The notes: generated by a model from the sequence alone, not told the origin. Positions 24,357 to 37,573 are shown, numbered from the whole stretch's first letter. The stretch: DNA of 63,383 bases, filler included, from Sphacelaria rigidula (GCA_964200075.2; 10 parts of 10 records of this genome joined end to end with filler, not necessarily neighbours in it); one strand, 5' to 3'. Numbers and translations are program-made.

Positions 24357-24399
24357 AGACGTAGTCTAAAATCAAGTGTATCCAAGGTAACGAAGAAGA

Positions 24400-25170
24400 G
24401 AATAGGATCCTGAGGAATAGGGTTGAACGAATTAAATGAAGTTCAATTCCAAAACAGTGTATTGTGTATTCCCTGACCTCAAGCGATGACAAATGGCTTT
24501 CATATGGACGACCCCATCCCCCCCGATCTCCCTCGAACGATTTTGGGAGAATTCCAACATTCACACGCGGCCACCTGGCTAACCCCCGGAACACCCCCGG
24601 GGGAATGAGCGGCCCTCCAGGGGGAAAACAAGCCTCCGGAGGCCTTCAATCCCTCTGGAGGAAACCAAACTCTACCGGCCCGGAGGGCCGCGCACCCCTC
24701 CGGAGGAATATGAGGGTATGCCCGGCCCTCCAGATGCAAAAATAAATCTCCGGAGGCGTTTAATCCCTCTGGAGGAAGCCCAAAAATCTCCTCTGGAGGG
24801 CCGCGCATCCCTCCGGAGGCGTTTAATTCCTCTGGAGGCTCCAAACGTTTACCCACCTGGAGGAATTTTGGAGGTAGCCAAGTGGCCGCGTGTGTTCCGT
24901 TCACCCAGAGGGTATGTGCGAAAACACATCTTCGCCTCGATTTCGGAGTTAAAAAAGGGACGACGCCTTTCAGCCCGAAAATTATGCTTTCGCACATACC
25001 CTATGAGGGAACGAAAGCCTGGAAACCCCCCAACATAGTTTCAGGGAGATCGGGGGGGATTGAGGTTGTCCGTATGAAAGTCATTTTCATTACTTCAGGT
25101 GAGGGAAAGCACTGTTCTAGAGTTGAACCCCAGTTTGATGTATAAGCTCATTTCTCATAATCCTCTGTTA
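24400..25170. mobile_element. Foldback/MITE of the same TIR family as 8733-9430, with an internal array of palindromic 10-mers
   Basis: AATGGCTTTCATATGGACGACCCCATCCCCCCCGATCTCCC (~24492) is inverted at ~25044-25085; boundaries approximate. Confidence 0.75.
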
Positions 25171-25296
25171 AGGTTGGTCTATGGTCGGTCAGGTGTCGTC
25201 GAACAGCCCCGACACTTTTCGGGGAGTAAGTCCTCCCCCCCTCCTCCCCTCGGCCGCGCGCCGAGGGTGGCTGTGCCGGGCGCGTCTCCCGGCGGG

Positions 25297-25396
25297 NNNN
25301 NNNNNNNNNNNNNNNNNNNNNNNNNNNNNNNNNNNNNNNNTTAATTAATTAANNNNNNNNNNNNNNNNNNNNNNNNNNNNNNNNNNNNNNNNNNNN
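25297..25396. other. Artificial contig linker
   Basis: Same spacer. Confidence 0.98.
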
Positions 25397-26877
25397 GGGG
25401 GGGGCAACTCGGCCGCGACGTGTGCTGCCAGGGGCGGCGTGGGGGGGGGGGGGGGGGGGGGGAAGCTCCGCGCCTTGGAATAGTTGCAGTGTGCCGAAGA
25501 AGGCGAGCCTTGCCGTTCTTGGTCACCCTACGGTAAAGTGGTCTGTCTGCGAAGGTTTTATCGCGGCTGCAAAATAGACGTGGGCTTCATTCACCCGATG
25601 TTTGTTGCTATTGCCGAAAAACTCGCAGCGGTGGTCTTTGCTTTTTCTTCGAAAATGTACCACCAGAAAAGCGGGAGAAAAGAAGCTGGATGATGTTTAG
25701 CGCAGCCTTCAAGCTGTCTATGATTGATCCACCAGAGCTGTGCTGTATCCTGGCTCGCCCAAAGCCAGAAAACTCGTGCAAATGCATCTGTACCTTCCTT
25801 GGTATTTACCTTCGTTTGACCACGATTCTCCGGTTTTAGTCACCGATGTACCTTTTTTTTCTCTCCTTTCCTGTTACACTCGTTGGGGACCAAAAACAAC
25901 GCTATGCTTTGACTTTACTGCACACACGTGAAAATTCGCTAAGAACTGTACCCCAGAGGGACTAACACTACCAGACATATCTTCACTGGTCACTGCCGTT
26001 GGAAAAGGGGGTGGGGTGTTGTGTCAGGCGATCACGAGCCGGCGGACTATGTCAGGTTGACGATACAGGCAAATTTACGTCAAGATGGTGAGGTGCGTAC
26101 GGTAGTCTACCCACCGAGCGGGTGCTACAAAAACCGGGCATACCCCGACTGTCACATGAAAGCGCGTAGGGAGCAACATCAAAGTTACTAAACAAAATAT
26201 CTTCGAAACGGGAACAACGGAAAGTAGCCCACCCACAGGTCCGCGGTTTCGGTTGACGGTGTTGACGGAGGTAACGGTATAAGTATCTCGATACACCCAC
26301 GAGAGAGGTTACCGTGATTGGTTGGAGAAGAACGACGACATTGCAAAAAAAAATCAAAACACGAGCGGTAGCTGAAGACAAAACATTGGTTGAGTGCGCC
26401 AAAACAAAAATAGGCAAGAAATATCGAGGGGCATTCAGGGGGGGGGGGCGCGGGGGGAGGGGTGAAGGGGGTGCATAGCAGTAACGGCGTGCGGGGTGAC
26501 GGCAGACATGAAACGTTAGAGACACACGATGCTCAATGACGAGTTGTCGTTCTGTGTGGCGGGGGAGGGTTCGGGTCTCATGTAAGAACTTGCTTCCAGT
26601 GTAGTATGTCAATTTTTGACTTAGTCATTAATGTGAAACAGTCTCATAATTTTCCGTCACCCAGCCGAGCACGGAACTGGGGCTCACAGCGCATTTCTCG
26701 GGTGTTCGAGAGTATGGGTCACGGCAGTGGCGTAAACAGGCAGAAGTCGAGTCCCACATGCAAGATCCATCACCCCCCCTTCGGCCCTGTCAGTGCCCTT
26801 TTGACCCTGTCAGCACCCGCCCCCTTCCCAGTCCACGTGTCGCGATGGCCCACCCTCCTGCCCCTCGCCTGACTTAC

Positions 26878-27013
26878 CGCACTTGCCGTTGATGTTATCG
26901 TGCTTTGCCCAGTTTGTGTCCTGATTGTTGACCATGCCGTCGTTGCTGTGTTTGCTGCTGTGCGCTGTGTTGGCGACGGGGTTGGTGGTTGTGTTTATTC
27001 TATTGCTGATGTG

Positions 27014-27045
<32 letters not shown>

Positions 27046-27663
27046 CACTATTGCTACTCCTACTCCTGTCATTTTGAATGGGTGTGACGACGGTATTAGT
27101 GGCGCTGTTGTTGTTAATGTTGTTGTTGCTGCTGCTGCTGCTGCTGCTGTTGGTACTTTTGATGGTGCTGCTGCCGGGGGTATTGCTGTCATTGCGGCTG
27201 CGGCTGCTGCTGCTGTTACTGTTGTTGTCGTTGACGATAGTGATGAGATTCATATTGCCGCCGCTGCTGTCGTCCCTGCCGCTGCTGCCGCCGCTGCTGC
27301 CGCCATTGGGGGTAAAGATGCCAAAGTTATGGTTGTTGTTGCTGTTGCTGCTGCTACTACTACTTGTGGCATTGCTGGCAGTGTTGCTAATGCTGTTGTC
27401 GTTGCCATTATTGTTTATGCTACAGCTTCTGCCGTTGCTGCTGCGGCCACTGCCGCCGCCTCTGTTAGACGTTGTCGGCGGCAAGACTTCGGGAGCGGCC
27501 GCGGGAGCTGTGGGAGCGGCAGCGGCGGCAGCGGCGGCGGCAGCGGCGGCTTTGGTAGTGGATGCTGTCCCTCCCATGACAGCTCCCATGACAGCTCCTA
27601 TGGCAGAGCGGTGCAAGGCCATCCGGTCGGTCGACATCGCGGGGGCCTGGCCAGAGACTGAAC
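26878..27663 (-). CDS. Large internal exon of an uncharacterised low-complexity (Ser/Asn/Ala-rich) protein
   Basis: ttcag|GT...TGCG|gtaagt, 786 nt open, phase 1 to phase 1, in phase with the upstream exon 28125-28398. Confidence 0.65.
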
Positions 27664-27893
27664 CTGAAATAGCACACACATACAGAGAGACGTGACGGGT
27701 AATGATGCAGATAGGGCCGATAATATTCGCGGGGTATCCAAGCATACGATCGCGGTAAAGGTGGGGGATTTTTTTATTCTGTCGCGCGCAACCTGAACCC
27801 CGGGTTGCGATGTAATATATATATACTGTATACATCGCGAGAAAACCCCCGTCGCACTCTTTCTTAATTTAATTTTATTTTTTTCACGTCTTA

Positions 27894-28050
27894 GTCTGCT
27901 ATGTCGTTCTGTTCGAATTGTTCTATTCCTTCTTTTTCTTCGCGAGAGTTTTCAGGTCTGCTTTTTGTTGGGTACGTCTATCATGTGACCACGGCTGGAT
28001 CATGACTCCTGGGGGGGGGTCAGTGAGCCTGCGACAATCAATCAATCAAT
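27894..28050 (+). mobile_element. 3' end of a LINE-like family with an (AATC)n tail
   Basis: TATCATGTGACC.CGGCTGGATC..GGGGGTCAGT..GCGACAATCAATC; related copies at ~31340-31435, ~48817-48985 and ~55280-55637, variably 5'-truncated. Confidence 0.7.
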
Positions 28051-28124
28051 AAATATATCAATGAATCAGGCATACGGCACGTGTTCGACAAGCACTACTT
28101 AAGACACTCGTGAAAAACTCTTAC

Positions 28125-28398
28125 CGAGACACCCATTCATGACTTTTTGTCTGAAGTTCTTGTGTCTATCTTGGATACTGCTGCTGTCACTGCCGCTGCT
28201 GCTGCTGCTGCTGCTGCTCATGCCGCTGCGGCTCCTGCTGTGGCTGCTGCTTTTGTCGAGGTGATCTCGTTGCCGGTCACCCTGATCCTTTCCCTTTCCT
28301 GCTTCCCCATCCGACTCGGAAACGCTCTTGTCTGAGGAGTCGATCGCGGAGTCGGCGGTGGTGAGGCTCTCGAACCCGATCGGCGCTCTCTTCCGAAT
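28125..28398 (-). CDS. Exon of the same uncharacterised protein (IRKRAPIGFESLTTADSAID...KVMNGCL)
   Basis: cag|ATT...CTCG|gtaaga, 274 nt, ends in phase 1; further probable coding pieces at ~28576-28715 (MHYFLTSTRRLDVIRTTSPHDKCSFGMGLCP, GC3-rich) and ~29559-29639 (VGIPTLELVLANVAHMRRFMQPESKHQ). Confidence 0.6.
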
Positions 28399-30953
28399 CT
28401 GCAGTGGTGGTGGTCGAAGGAGCAGCAGTGAACATAGGCGTGAGTACGATATCATAACCAAGGCTTTCGGCGGTTTCCGTCATCACGCTCACTAGATCGA
28501 TTCCGAGGTGCTTGATAAATGCATAGAAATAGCGGAGGGTGAAAGATTTTGTGGTTGATGGAGAGAGTGAAGAACCCCTGTGACGTTGGCCGCGGATGAG
28601 TTGGCCGCCGAGGAGTTGTCAGGACAGAGGCCCATGCCGAACGAGCACTTGTCGTGCGGACTCGTCGTGCGTATGACATCCAGCCGCCGGGTGGAGGTGA
28701 GGAAGTAGTGCATGACTTCGTGGTCGTTTGATGTCAACAATAACATACACCACGAAAAATCTACCCGCCTAGCGCCGGGCAATTATTCCTCAAATGCATC
28801 GAAATCCTTCTATAGCGAACGCTTTTTTTGCGAGCTGATTTTGCAACACGAATCTACAATCGAATCAACACTGTTGATTGACTCCGTCCGCCCGACCCAT
28901 GCAGCAATTTTCACCGACGAAGACGGATACGACGTTGCCCCCGACAGAAAATGCTGAGATCAGGGATGCTGCAATTGACGATATCCGACAACTCGGTGTG
29001 GACGGCGACCCGCACGAAATACACAACACCTCGCCACCGATGCACTTCAGGCACGGAGAATGCCGTGCGAATACGGGGCTTACAAAATCGGGCGGGGGGG
29101 GGGGGCGTGTGCACGATACAGCAACCGTTCAAAGTAGCCAGTATGCGCTGCGCAACAGTACAGACGGTATATACAGTACAGCTGCAGTAGAGAGCTGAGC
29201 AGTGTAGCATACATGCATGCATGCAAAAACAACAGCAGCACGCTACATTCAAAACGGCGGCGAAGACAGAGCAGCGCTGGACACTCCTACCCGAGACTTT
29301 CTACGATACCCCCCCCCCCCCCCCCCCCCCCCCCCACACAAAACCCACACACAGCCCCCCCCAAACAAACACCAACAACCACCACCGTTACGCTCANNNN
29401 NNNNNNAAAAAAGCACCGCCCAACTAAAAAAACGGCGGGGAAGACAGAGCGCCGCCGTGCCCCCCCCCCCCCGCCTTTCTACCACCCCCCCCCCCCCCCC
29501 CCCCCCCTCCAGAAAAAAACAGCCTAAAGGTGTCCCGAAAAAAAAGGACAAACAGCGCCTGATGTTTGGATTCAGGCTGCATGAAGCGCCTCATGTGAGC
29601 GACATTGGCGAGAACGAGCTCAAGCGTGGGAATCCCCACCTGCTCGTTGTGCCCGGCTTTCTCCATTCCGATTTACGGGAAGATTTTTGCCTCTCAAAAC
29701 TAGGCACTTTGGGGGGGGCAGCTATCGTAGAAAGTGTCGACCATGTTCGTTGCCCGTCGAGATATGTCGCACTTTTCCGGGGCTTGGCGAAGAAACACAA
29801 ACACACTCTACGAACGCACTCTGATTTCAAGTGGGCGAAATGCTGCCCTATGACCTCGCGAGAGCTTGTAGAAAACCGAGAATGCTGCCCGGTGAGGCGT
29901 CGAGAGACAATTCTCCTCGCCTCTGATGAAACTTCAGATGTGACAAAAAAGGGTACTATTGAATCAACGACAACAATGAGACGACTTTGCTGGGATTCAG
30001 GTTCGTGGAAATAAATGTGTCGAACATGATGTCTACAGGTTTATTTCACATGAAATTAGGCCCCTACACATCGATGAGTTATGGCGTGAAATTAAAGCAC
30101 GTGAGGTGAATGGTCGCGTCGAAAGATCACGCGGCACACCCTTTGAGCCGAATGAATAATGTGTTCTTGAGATCAAGAGTCTGTTTCAAAATTGAGAGCA
30201 AGAGGTTTATTGCGATTGTGGCGGCAACGACTACCCAACTGAGACCTCTCACACCGCGAAGTTTTCAATGACCGCTGAGCACGTACGGTCAACGTGGACA
30301 AAAAAAAAGTATTGAGCGCACGTCGATGAGGAAAAACGGAGCAAGCAATTTCAATTATTAAAAATAATCACGCAGATTTCACCAAATTGTTCCCGCGACG
30401 ACATGAAAAAATACCGGATTCCAACGCTCGGATGATCGAACGGACAGCACTTCGGAGACGATCATTTAAGTTCCACGGTGAAAGCTCTCGATCGGCACCC
30501 TTCGCCTCCAAAACCGCGGGAAACTTCTCGGTTTAAGTACTGAAACAGACTCATAATCTCACAAATATACCGTTGATGGACACCCATTACTTTAGCTCAC
30601 CTAGCGGTTGCACCTAGGACCAGACGCTACGCTAAATTGCGCCGCCCCCGACCCCACCTTCTCTCCCGCGGGCCAATCATGTACGGCAACGCAATGGATG
30701 ACTTCTGAAATGCATGCCGCACCACGTTTACCAATTAAACGTGGATTTTCGGCTTGCGTGAGTGTAGCTCCAAAATCGTAACGCCGGTTTGTGTACCGGT
30801 AGAGGTACAGTTGTTTTCCTCAATATGTCGGTTTGAACCGTAGCTCAATGTCCAGATTTACCGAGTCAACACAGCTGTGCGTTTTCCGCCCGACTCCCAA
30901 CCAAGGCGCAGCTGTGCATTATTTCCTGACCACGCGTACAGGCAGCTGCATAC

Positions 30954-31098
30954 CTTTGACTGGCGCATCTTGGCCCTCCCGCCAGCCACATCGTTACTTC
31001 CATTGGGCAGTGTAAATCGGTTCTCCCGAAAGGTCTGTAGGACTGCAGCTCTGTCCACCCCCTCCTGGGCCATGCGCTTAGTCACGATGGAGTTGAAT
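30954..31098 (-). CDS. Probable upstream exon of the same gene (FNSIVTKRMAQEGVDRAAVLQTFRENRF...MRQSK)
   Basis: aag|A...AAG|gtatgc, 145 nt open. Confidence 0.5.
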
Positions 31099-31476
31099 CT
31101 TTACAGGTGGCGAGAATATACACGATGGAGGGGATGAAGGGGGGGGGGGGTACTCATGATCATGCATGCCATAGTCAAAAGACCATTGACCTCGGGGGAG
31201 GGGGAGGGGGGGGCATCAATGATGTGTGCGTACGACGACGCCTGCTATACATAGATGTGCTCTGTTCGGTGACCCGCGTTGTCACGGTGTACTCTTCAGC
31301 GAGTGTTCCAGATTCATGTTTGCCTCGGGTAAGTTCATCATGTGACCATCATGTGACCATCATGTGACACACCTGGATCCCTGGGGAATAAGTTCACGTG
31401 CGACAATCAACCAACCAACCAACAAATCAATCAATCGCAAACGATGGGGATATACACAGAATATTTCGGACGCCGC

Positions 31477-31557
31477 GCCCCGGTAGTGCAATGGTCCATC
31501 TGTTGCTATTAGGGTGGAGGGAACGGGGGTTCGATTCCCGATGCGTTGGGTTTTTTC
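31477..31557 (+). repeat. tRNA-like Pol III-type sequence (SINE head or tRNA pseudogene)
   Basis: A-box-like TAGTGCAATGG, B box GGTTCGATTCCC, followed by a T6 run; the acceptor stem does not pair. Confidence 0.45.
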
Positions 31558-31644
31558 TTCGTAATATATAATTTCCACCGTGGAAAGCGTCAGAACTTGA
31601 GTAAACAAAGTAGTCAACTGGATTTGTGTGACGTGAGTTGACGC

Positions 31645-31744
31645 NNNNNNNNNNNNNNNNNNNNNNNNNNNNNNNNNNNNNNNNNNNNTTAATTAATTAA
31701 NNNNNNNNNNNNNNNNNNNNNNNNNNNNNNNNNNNNNNNNNNNN
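31645..31744. other. Artificial contig linker
   Basis: Same spacer. Confidence 0.98.
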
Positions 31745-33007
31745 ATGGAACAGAATCCAGGGTCCCACCACGTTTTGCGACTTTTCTCGGCACGAAAAGG
31801 CGGGATATCAGCAGTCATATCACACGCGATGACTTGCGCTTTCAAAAACAACGACGGAAACTGCGGCGAAATTGTTGAACAGAAAAGTGATTTCAAGATA
31901 TCCACGAGTCCTAAGTCCACACGACGACTGGGGGCATCAACTGCATTTGCAAATGAATTCGGGCACAACCTGGCTAAATCGTAGCTTTTACTCGAACCGC
32001 ACGACTCACACTACTTTGGAGACATCTTGAACGGTGCATTTTTCCACGAATGCGACCTGTGGGCCAGCGCGCAACATTTTAAAACATTATTCTGCCATTC
32101 CATTCAGGCAACGGGTGGCAGGAATGTTCCAACATGCTACACACGTACACGTTTCGTCTCATTATCGGAACCGGCGCAGCGAGACATGTTATGAATAAAA
32201 CCTCACTCTCAATCGTACTTTCAACGCTCGATTTCATGGAAACATTGTTAGGTTTGCTGGCAGGATTTTGCACCAATCTGCGAGGTAAGCGTTTTGTCCA
32301 TTAATGATGCAGACACACCCGGCCGCTGATAGCCATGAAAAGCCTGCTTTCAATCGTATCGTAAATTCTCAATCTCACGAAAACATTGTTTAAGCTGGTG
32401 AACGGCTGTTACAGATGCGAGGTAGATCCCGAAAGCCCCGAAACTCCCATATCTGTACAGCCGAATCTAGGACCCCAAGGTGACACGGGTATTTCCAGCG
32501 AACTGCTGTCAAGCCCTGGGGATCACTTCTGGCTAACTCGCTCGCGCTCGTCGAGCTCTGCCGAGTGATCCAACTGCCTAAGCCCCCCCCCCGACTTACG
32601 GTCAATCCTTGACTACATTGCACGAGAGAAATCGTCGACCACCTTCGACGGTTCCTACCGTCACCGGGAGTCTCACGACTTCCACACACGCACGGAATGA
32701 AAAATGGCGAAGTTAAAGCGAATGATCAAAGCCACTCTTAATTTCACGAAAACGCAGTCATGGCGTTTAATCAATGAGCGAAGATTGGCCCAGATTTTCG
32801 AACAGATGGGCACCTTTCCCTTGATTGGACGATTGATACGCTATGCGGATCACGGCCCAAGTCGTCTGTTTCGGTGACATATTGCTTTGAGAGCTTAAGC
32901 CCGTTTCTAGGCTGGACCAGCTTGTACCGCTGTGTACTGTACGGAGCCGCGCACGAACACGCCGCTGGCCTCGGCTCATGCATGAATAGCAGCTGCATGT
33001 AACGCAC

Positions 33008-34022
33008 GGCATGTGCGTGGCAAGCGCTCTCATCTGCGTGGGAATTGACTTTCCATCAACGACAATTGTTTCCAACCCCCGGCCGGAAAGGAGGAGAAAA
33101 AGCCAGTTGGGCGGCAGGCGCTGAAAGGGTTCATGACCGAGACTCGGTTGAAATACAGTAATGAACGATTGAACGATTGAGTTGCATTTGACCATATTGC
33201 CAAGGACAATATACCATCTCCACGTTCTCCTCTTTTATTTACGTACGTACAAATGTGAGCAATCACATGAATGTTCACTGCTTTGCTGCACGAGGAGAGA
33301 ACACGATACTCGTACACAACAAGAGAGGACAAGAAGAGGTGACGACGTGTAGTATGTTGTGTGTATATTTTCAATGCAACTAAACCATCGACCCATGAAT
33401 ACGGGGCGCACGAAAACAAATACCACAAAATTAAGTCGCGCCGCTGTCTTGACCCAACCAGAGTCACACCACAAGTCCCACCGCCCACATCTCACTGTGC
33501 CCCCCCCCCCACCAACCGGTCGAGTTGACAATGTCAAGCCACACACGGCAAGAGAAAAAAAAACATTTTATGTAGCAGTTCCGCCACCGTTCGAGAGTCC
33601 CACCCCGACAACAGTGATTTATTTCACCTTCCCACCCAGGAACTCGCAACGCCCCACCACCGCGGGACCTTCCTTTGGCTGTACAGTGCCCTCTTCTCCG
33701 AACATGACGAGTTCGCCTGCCTTGGAAACATATGCATGTTGAATCATGTGTGTGAATGTGAACGTGACAGTCCGCTCTGTCACCATAAAAAAACACCCCC
33801 CACCCATATTGCCGATCATTACTACATCACATTGAACTGCAGCGCCACAGACCATGCTCTAAAAAAACGAATTACAGGATGCCATGCTCCCCACATAACT
33901 CCGCACCGCACCCTTTCCCCTCCTCCCCTTCTCCCTCTTCGCGGCATGCACCTATTAGTGCTACTTTTGGCAAATCCTCTACTGTACTTGATTCCTGGCT
34001 TCTTGTCATAGATCGCCTCTTC
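33008..34022 (-). CDS. Candidate small exons of an unidentified gene
   Basis: AG/GT-bounded open pieces EAIYDKKPGIKY (~33985-34022), ELVMFGEEGTVQPKEGPAVVGRCEFL (~33637-33716) and LGHEPFQRLPPNWLFLLLSGRGLETIVVDGKSIPTQMRALATHM (33008-33142); no domain recognised. Confidence 0.3.
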
Positions 34023-36514
34023 TACCGTTACAAAACGAAAAAACGGGTAATAAAACAAGAGCGGACTTACACAAAGACCTGGCGGGAGTAACGGGTCGAA
34101 CCGGATCCACGAAACCGGTCTTCTTGAGAAAAAAGACCCGAGCGACTCACCCGTTTCTCGCGAGATGCGCAAGGAAAACATGGTCACTGAAAAAAAAACA
34201 TCATGACACACACGACGGACTAGCTACCACCACGACTACCACCACCATTATTCCTTGATAGGACATGAACAATACGAGGGGGGAAACACAAGAACAGAAA
34301 AAAACGGCGTAATAAAGGTCAGAAAAATATATACTGCGTACGATACAGGAATCTGTACACTGCGTTGCTTGCTCTGCACGCACGTTCCTCACGCAGCATG
34401 TATAAACCACTGTACTGTACTGTACTGCACTGCACCCCCCTTCCCTGACACCCCCTCGCCCCCCCTCTTTATATTATCCCTTTACAGTATGCGGGACTAG
34501 AAACATGAAATTTTCAGCTCAACTCAAACCTTTCTCGTGACTTCTGTAAAGCTAGGCTGACTTGGTATGCACACGGAGAGGAAATGAGAGGTAGACCAAA
34601 CAAGACGAAAACCGACAAAAACATCAACCATGAAAACCGCGACGTGAGCTACGTGGCACAACCAGGGGGGCGGGAGCGAGGGATTTCCCACGGACAAACC
34701 CAAGACACACGCGCACACACCAAAATTGCTAGTCAAAGATAGTGTTGGGTCAGGCGTAAGGCAGAACGACACAAGGACGAGAGAAGGCCGTGCTAGCCTT
34801 CAACGGAGAGGACCCACTCGACAGACCAACCGACCAAAATTCCACGGCAGAAGGTAACAACAAAGAGGCGTCTGGAGAACAGGTTCTGGTGTAAACAGCA
34901 ACGAGTAAACAGCAAAAAAAAACGCACACACATTCAAATAAGAGCGCAAGGATCTTCCCTGCCTCCGCCCCTCCCCTACCTAAACGGTATTACCTCTTGA
35001 TCAAAAAGTGCATGCCTCTTCTTCGACGCATATACACCGGGGGTGGGTGCAATGGTACACACTTAAACCTGAGCCTACTCGCGACAAACGGAACTGCCCG
35101 CCAAAATTTTAGTATATGAATAAGGACACCCGAGGCCGCTACAGCCTACCCGCGCAATCGAGTCTAAAGAAAACCGCATGTGGCACGTGGTACACACTAA
35201 AGGATACGTTCCTCGGTAGCTCAAAAACAGCTTGATGCGTACTTTTTTGTCAGTAAACAGACGTTGACTGGTGAACAAAAGGCATACATGGCAGCCGTCT
35301 GATTGCAAGCAAACAGACAACAGCCAACGACCCCGGCACGCAACAATCTCTCAACCAGCGCCTGACGCCCTCGCAGGGCCAGACACACCACAGCAGCAAA
35401 CGTTCCAAATATATGAATATGTCGCTGTATCCCCCTCCCTCGTTTCCTCCTCAATTTTTGGTTCTTGAACCTCCACCTGGTCACTTATTCTGCGTGCGGC
35501 GGCAGCGCCTTACCCGTAGCCCACGCACCCAGCAGAAAAAACGACCCGCCCGCCTTTGTACAACAAAACTAGACCGCGAAATACTGCAACACGATCCATC
35601 ACTCCTGCCCCCCCCCCTCCCGCCCGCCCTCCCTCCAACACCCCTGCCCCCCCCACCCACCCTCCCCCCCCACCACCCCCNNNNNNNNNGCGAAATACTG
35701 CAACACGATCCATCCCTCCTCCCCCCCCCCCCCGCTCCTCCTCGGGGTTAATTTCTCGCCCCCCCATCGACCACGTTCACCACCGCATGCATCTTGTCCC
35801 TGCCCTGATGAAATTTCGACACCAAAAAATTGAGGACCTTGATCGCCCTCTGTATTCCTTCCGCAGGTTCACCGTCGATGCGTGTTCGTACCCAATTGAT
35901 TCGTCACAATCGTCGGAATTTTCATGCCCGGCGCGCAGGGTTTGTGTACTGGAGCGGAGCATGACATCCATCGCCGCAACAAGGAGTACGGAAAGTAAAT
36001 CAGCTTTGCACACCGAGGAAATTGTCGGCAAGGGGCATGTACGCGGGGCGTATGTGTTCCCGAGGCACAGCCTTCGGGACTGACCGACCACAAGCAAGCA
36101 GCGAGGATGACAAACTTTAATTATCATTCGCCGAGTAACACCCACCATTTCGACAAGTTTGCCGGGTATGAAACGTCGAAACTTGTGGCACGGCACGCCC
36201 CAACACCAACCCTGGACGCGTACATACATACCCGTGCAAGCTAAGCAATCAGCTGAGGGTACGCAACCGACGAGGTCAGCCCTCCGTAAGTAGAGCATGT
36301 TCGAGGACACCGACGCAAACACATCAAATACAGACACAGAACGAGAGCTAAGAAGGGCACATGGCGCATGGCCGACAGACCCGCGACTCATTTTGCGAGA
36401 GTGAGCGAAACTATCTTCCGCGGCACCTTCTCCTCGTCCTCGAACCATGCCCCCACCCTACCACTCGAGCTACAACTTGATTCCCCCCCTCCTCCCCCTG
36501 TGTATCTCGTTTGT

Positions 36515-37573
36515 TCACAAGCCGCGCTCGACCGAGCTCCCGGCGGTGGTCCCCCCCCCGCTGCCCATAGTTTCTCGCCCCGGTTGCCAAGAGGATGTCG
36601 GCCATCCCCCGCGCCGACCGTCTTCCTCTCTTTGTCCTAATGCATCCCCCCTACCTTGCTGTTGCTGCTGCTGTGCCTGCTGCTGCATGGCCCTCTGCCT
36701 CAACATCGCCGCATTCGAGCTTGCTCGCGCGACGAGCTCACTGATTCCGCTCGACTCCACAACTCCATTTACGCCACCTCCGCCGCCTCCACCACTGGAG
36801 CTTCGCTCCATCTTATTGCCACGCACCAGGGACGTCGCTCCGGCGTATCTGCCGTGATCTCCGTAGTTGGCGTGTTGGAGTAGAGACGACGCCGTCGCCC
36901 TGGTTCCACCGCCCCCGCTAACGTACGCACCGAGAGACGCCGGCGGCGCCCTCCCAGCCCCTGGGCCGTCTCTTTCCCTACTGTTTCCAACCACGCCGCC
37001 AACGATGTTCGCCATCACGCTTAGTCCGCTACCTAGATACGACCCGGCTATGCCAGAAACGCCGGAGAGCATGCGCCCACCTCCGCCGTTCGTGCCGTCG
37101 GCCCCCGGTCCTCCGCCCCCACTGACTCCTCCGACATCAAGAACGTTATCTCCCCCCCCCCCTCCCCTACCACCATTATTACTGCTGGTGCCGTTATTGT
37201 CATTCGGGTGTCGGTGCATGACCGGAGACGCGGATGTGGAAGGCGTTGACGACGAGGACAGCATCATCGAATGCTCCCCACCGCCCGATACGGCGCCGAC
37301 TCCGGTGTGTGGCGGCAACGGAGGCAACGATGAGAGCAGCGCACCCCCCGTGGTTTGGCTCTGCGAAGACGAGGACGCGTGGGTTGCGTCATTGGCACCA
37401 ACGGCCGCCGCAGCGGCGGCAAGCGACGGGAGGGGACCAGATAGGGGGTGATTCGAAAGAGATATACCCCCACCACCGCCGTGGCCGCCGTGGCCTTCGG
37501 AGCCCCCGCTGGGAGAGTCTGCTGCACGGAGATGCGGTGGCGCATGCGGATCTTGTGGTCTTCCGTCGGAGTT
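36515..37573 (-). CDS. Terminal exon of an uncharacterised protein with a Gly/Ser/Gln-rich disordered C-terminus
   Basis: cag|AAC acceptor at 37573, 1059 nt open to TGA at 36515, GC-rich codon usage. Confidence 0.7.
   Translation of the reverse strand, partial: NSDGRPQDPHAPPHLRAADSPSGGSEGHGGHGGGGGISLSNHPLSGPLPSLAAAAAAVGANDATHASSSSQSQTTGGALLSSLPPLPPHTGVGAVSGGGEHSMMLSSSSTPSTSASPVMHRHPNDNNGTSSNNGGRGGGGGDNVLDVGGVSGGGGPGADGTNGGGGRMLSGVSGIAGSYLGSGLSVMANIVGGVVGNSRERDGPGAGRAPPASLGAYVSGGGGTRATASSLLQHANYGDHGRYAGATSLVRGNKMERSSSGGGGGGGVNGVVESSGISELVARASSNAAMLRQRAMQQQAQQQQQQGRGDALGQREEDGRRGGWPTSSWQPGRETMGSGGGTTAGSSVERGL

Noticed and set aside
24614..24863. Palindrome array as CRISPR
   Set aside because: Repeats are only 10 bp, spacers about 9-20 bp and partly reused, and the array sits inside a TIR element
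26900..27695. Long plus-strand poly-Leu and poly-Ala/Val ORFs as membrane proteins
   Set aside because: Antisense shadows of the triplet-repeat exon on the minus strand, which has proper splice sites
28576..29639. VPS9 domain assignment for the contig-5 exons
   Set aside because: Only a superficial N..MRRF..P...YFLT resemblance; the ADD-LP motif and its spacing are missing and the splice phase is unresolved
35575..35715. Direct duplication GCGAAATACTGCAACACGATCCATC
   Set aside because: The copies flank an N gap; most likely an unmerged assembly overlap
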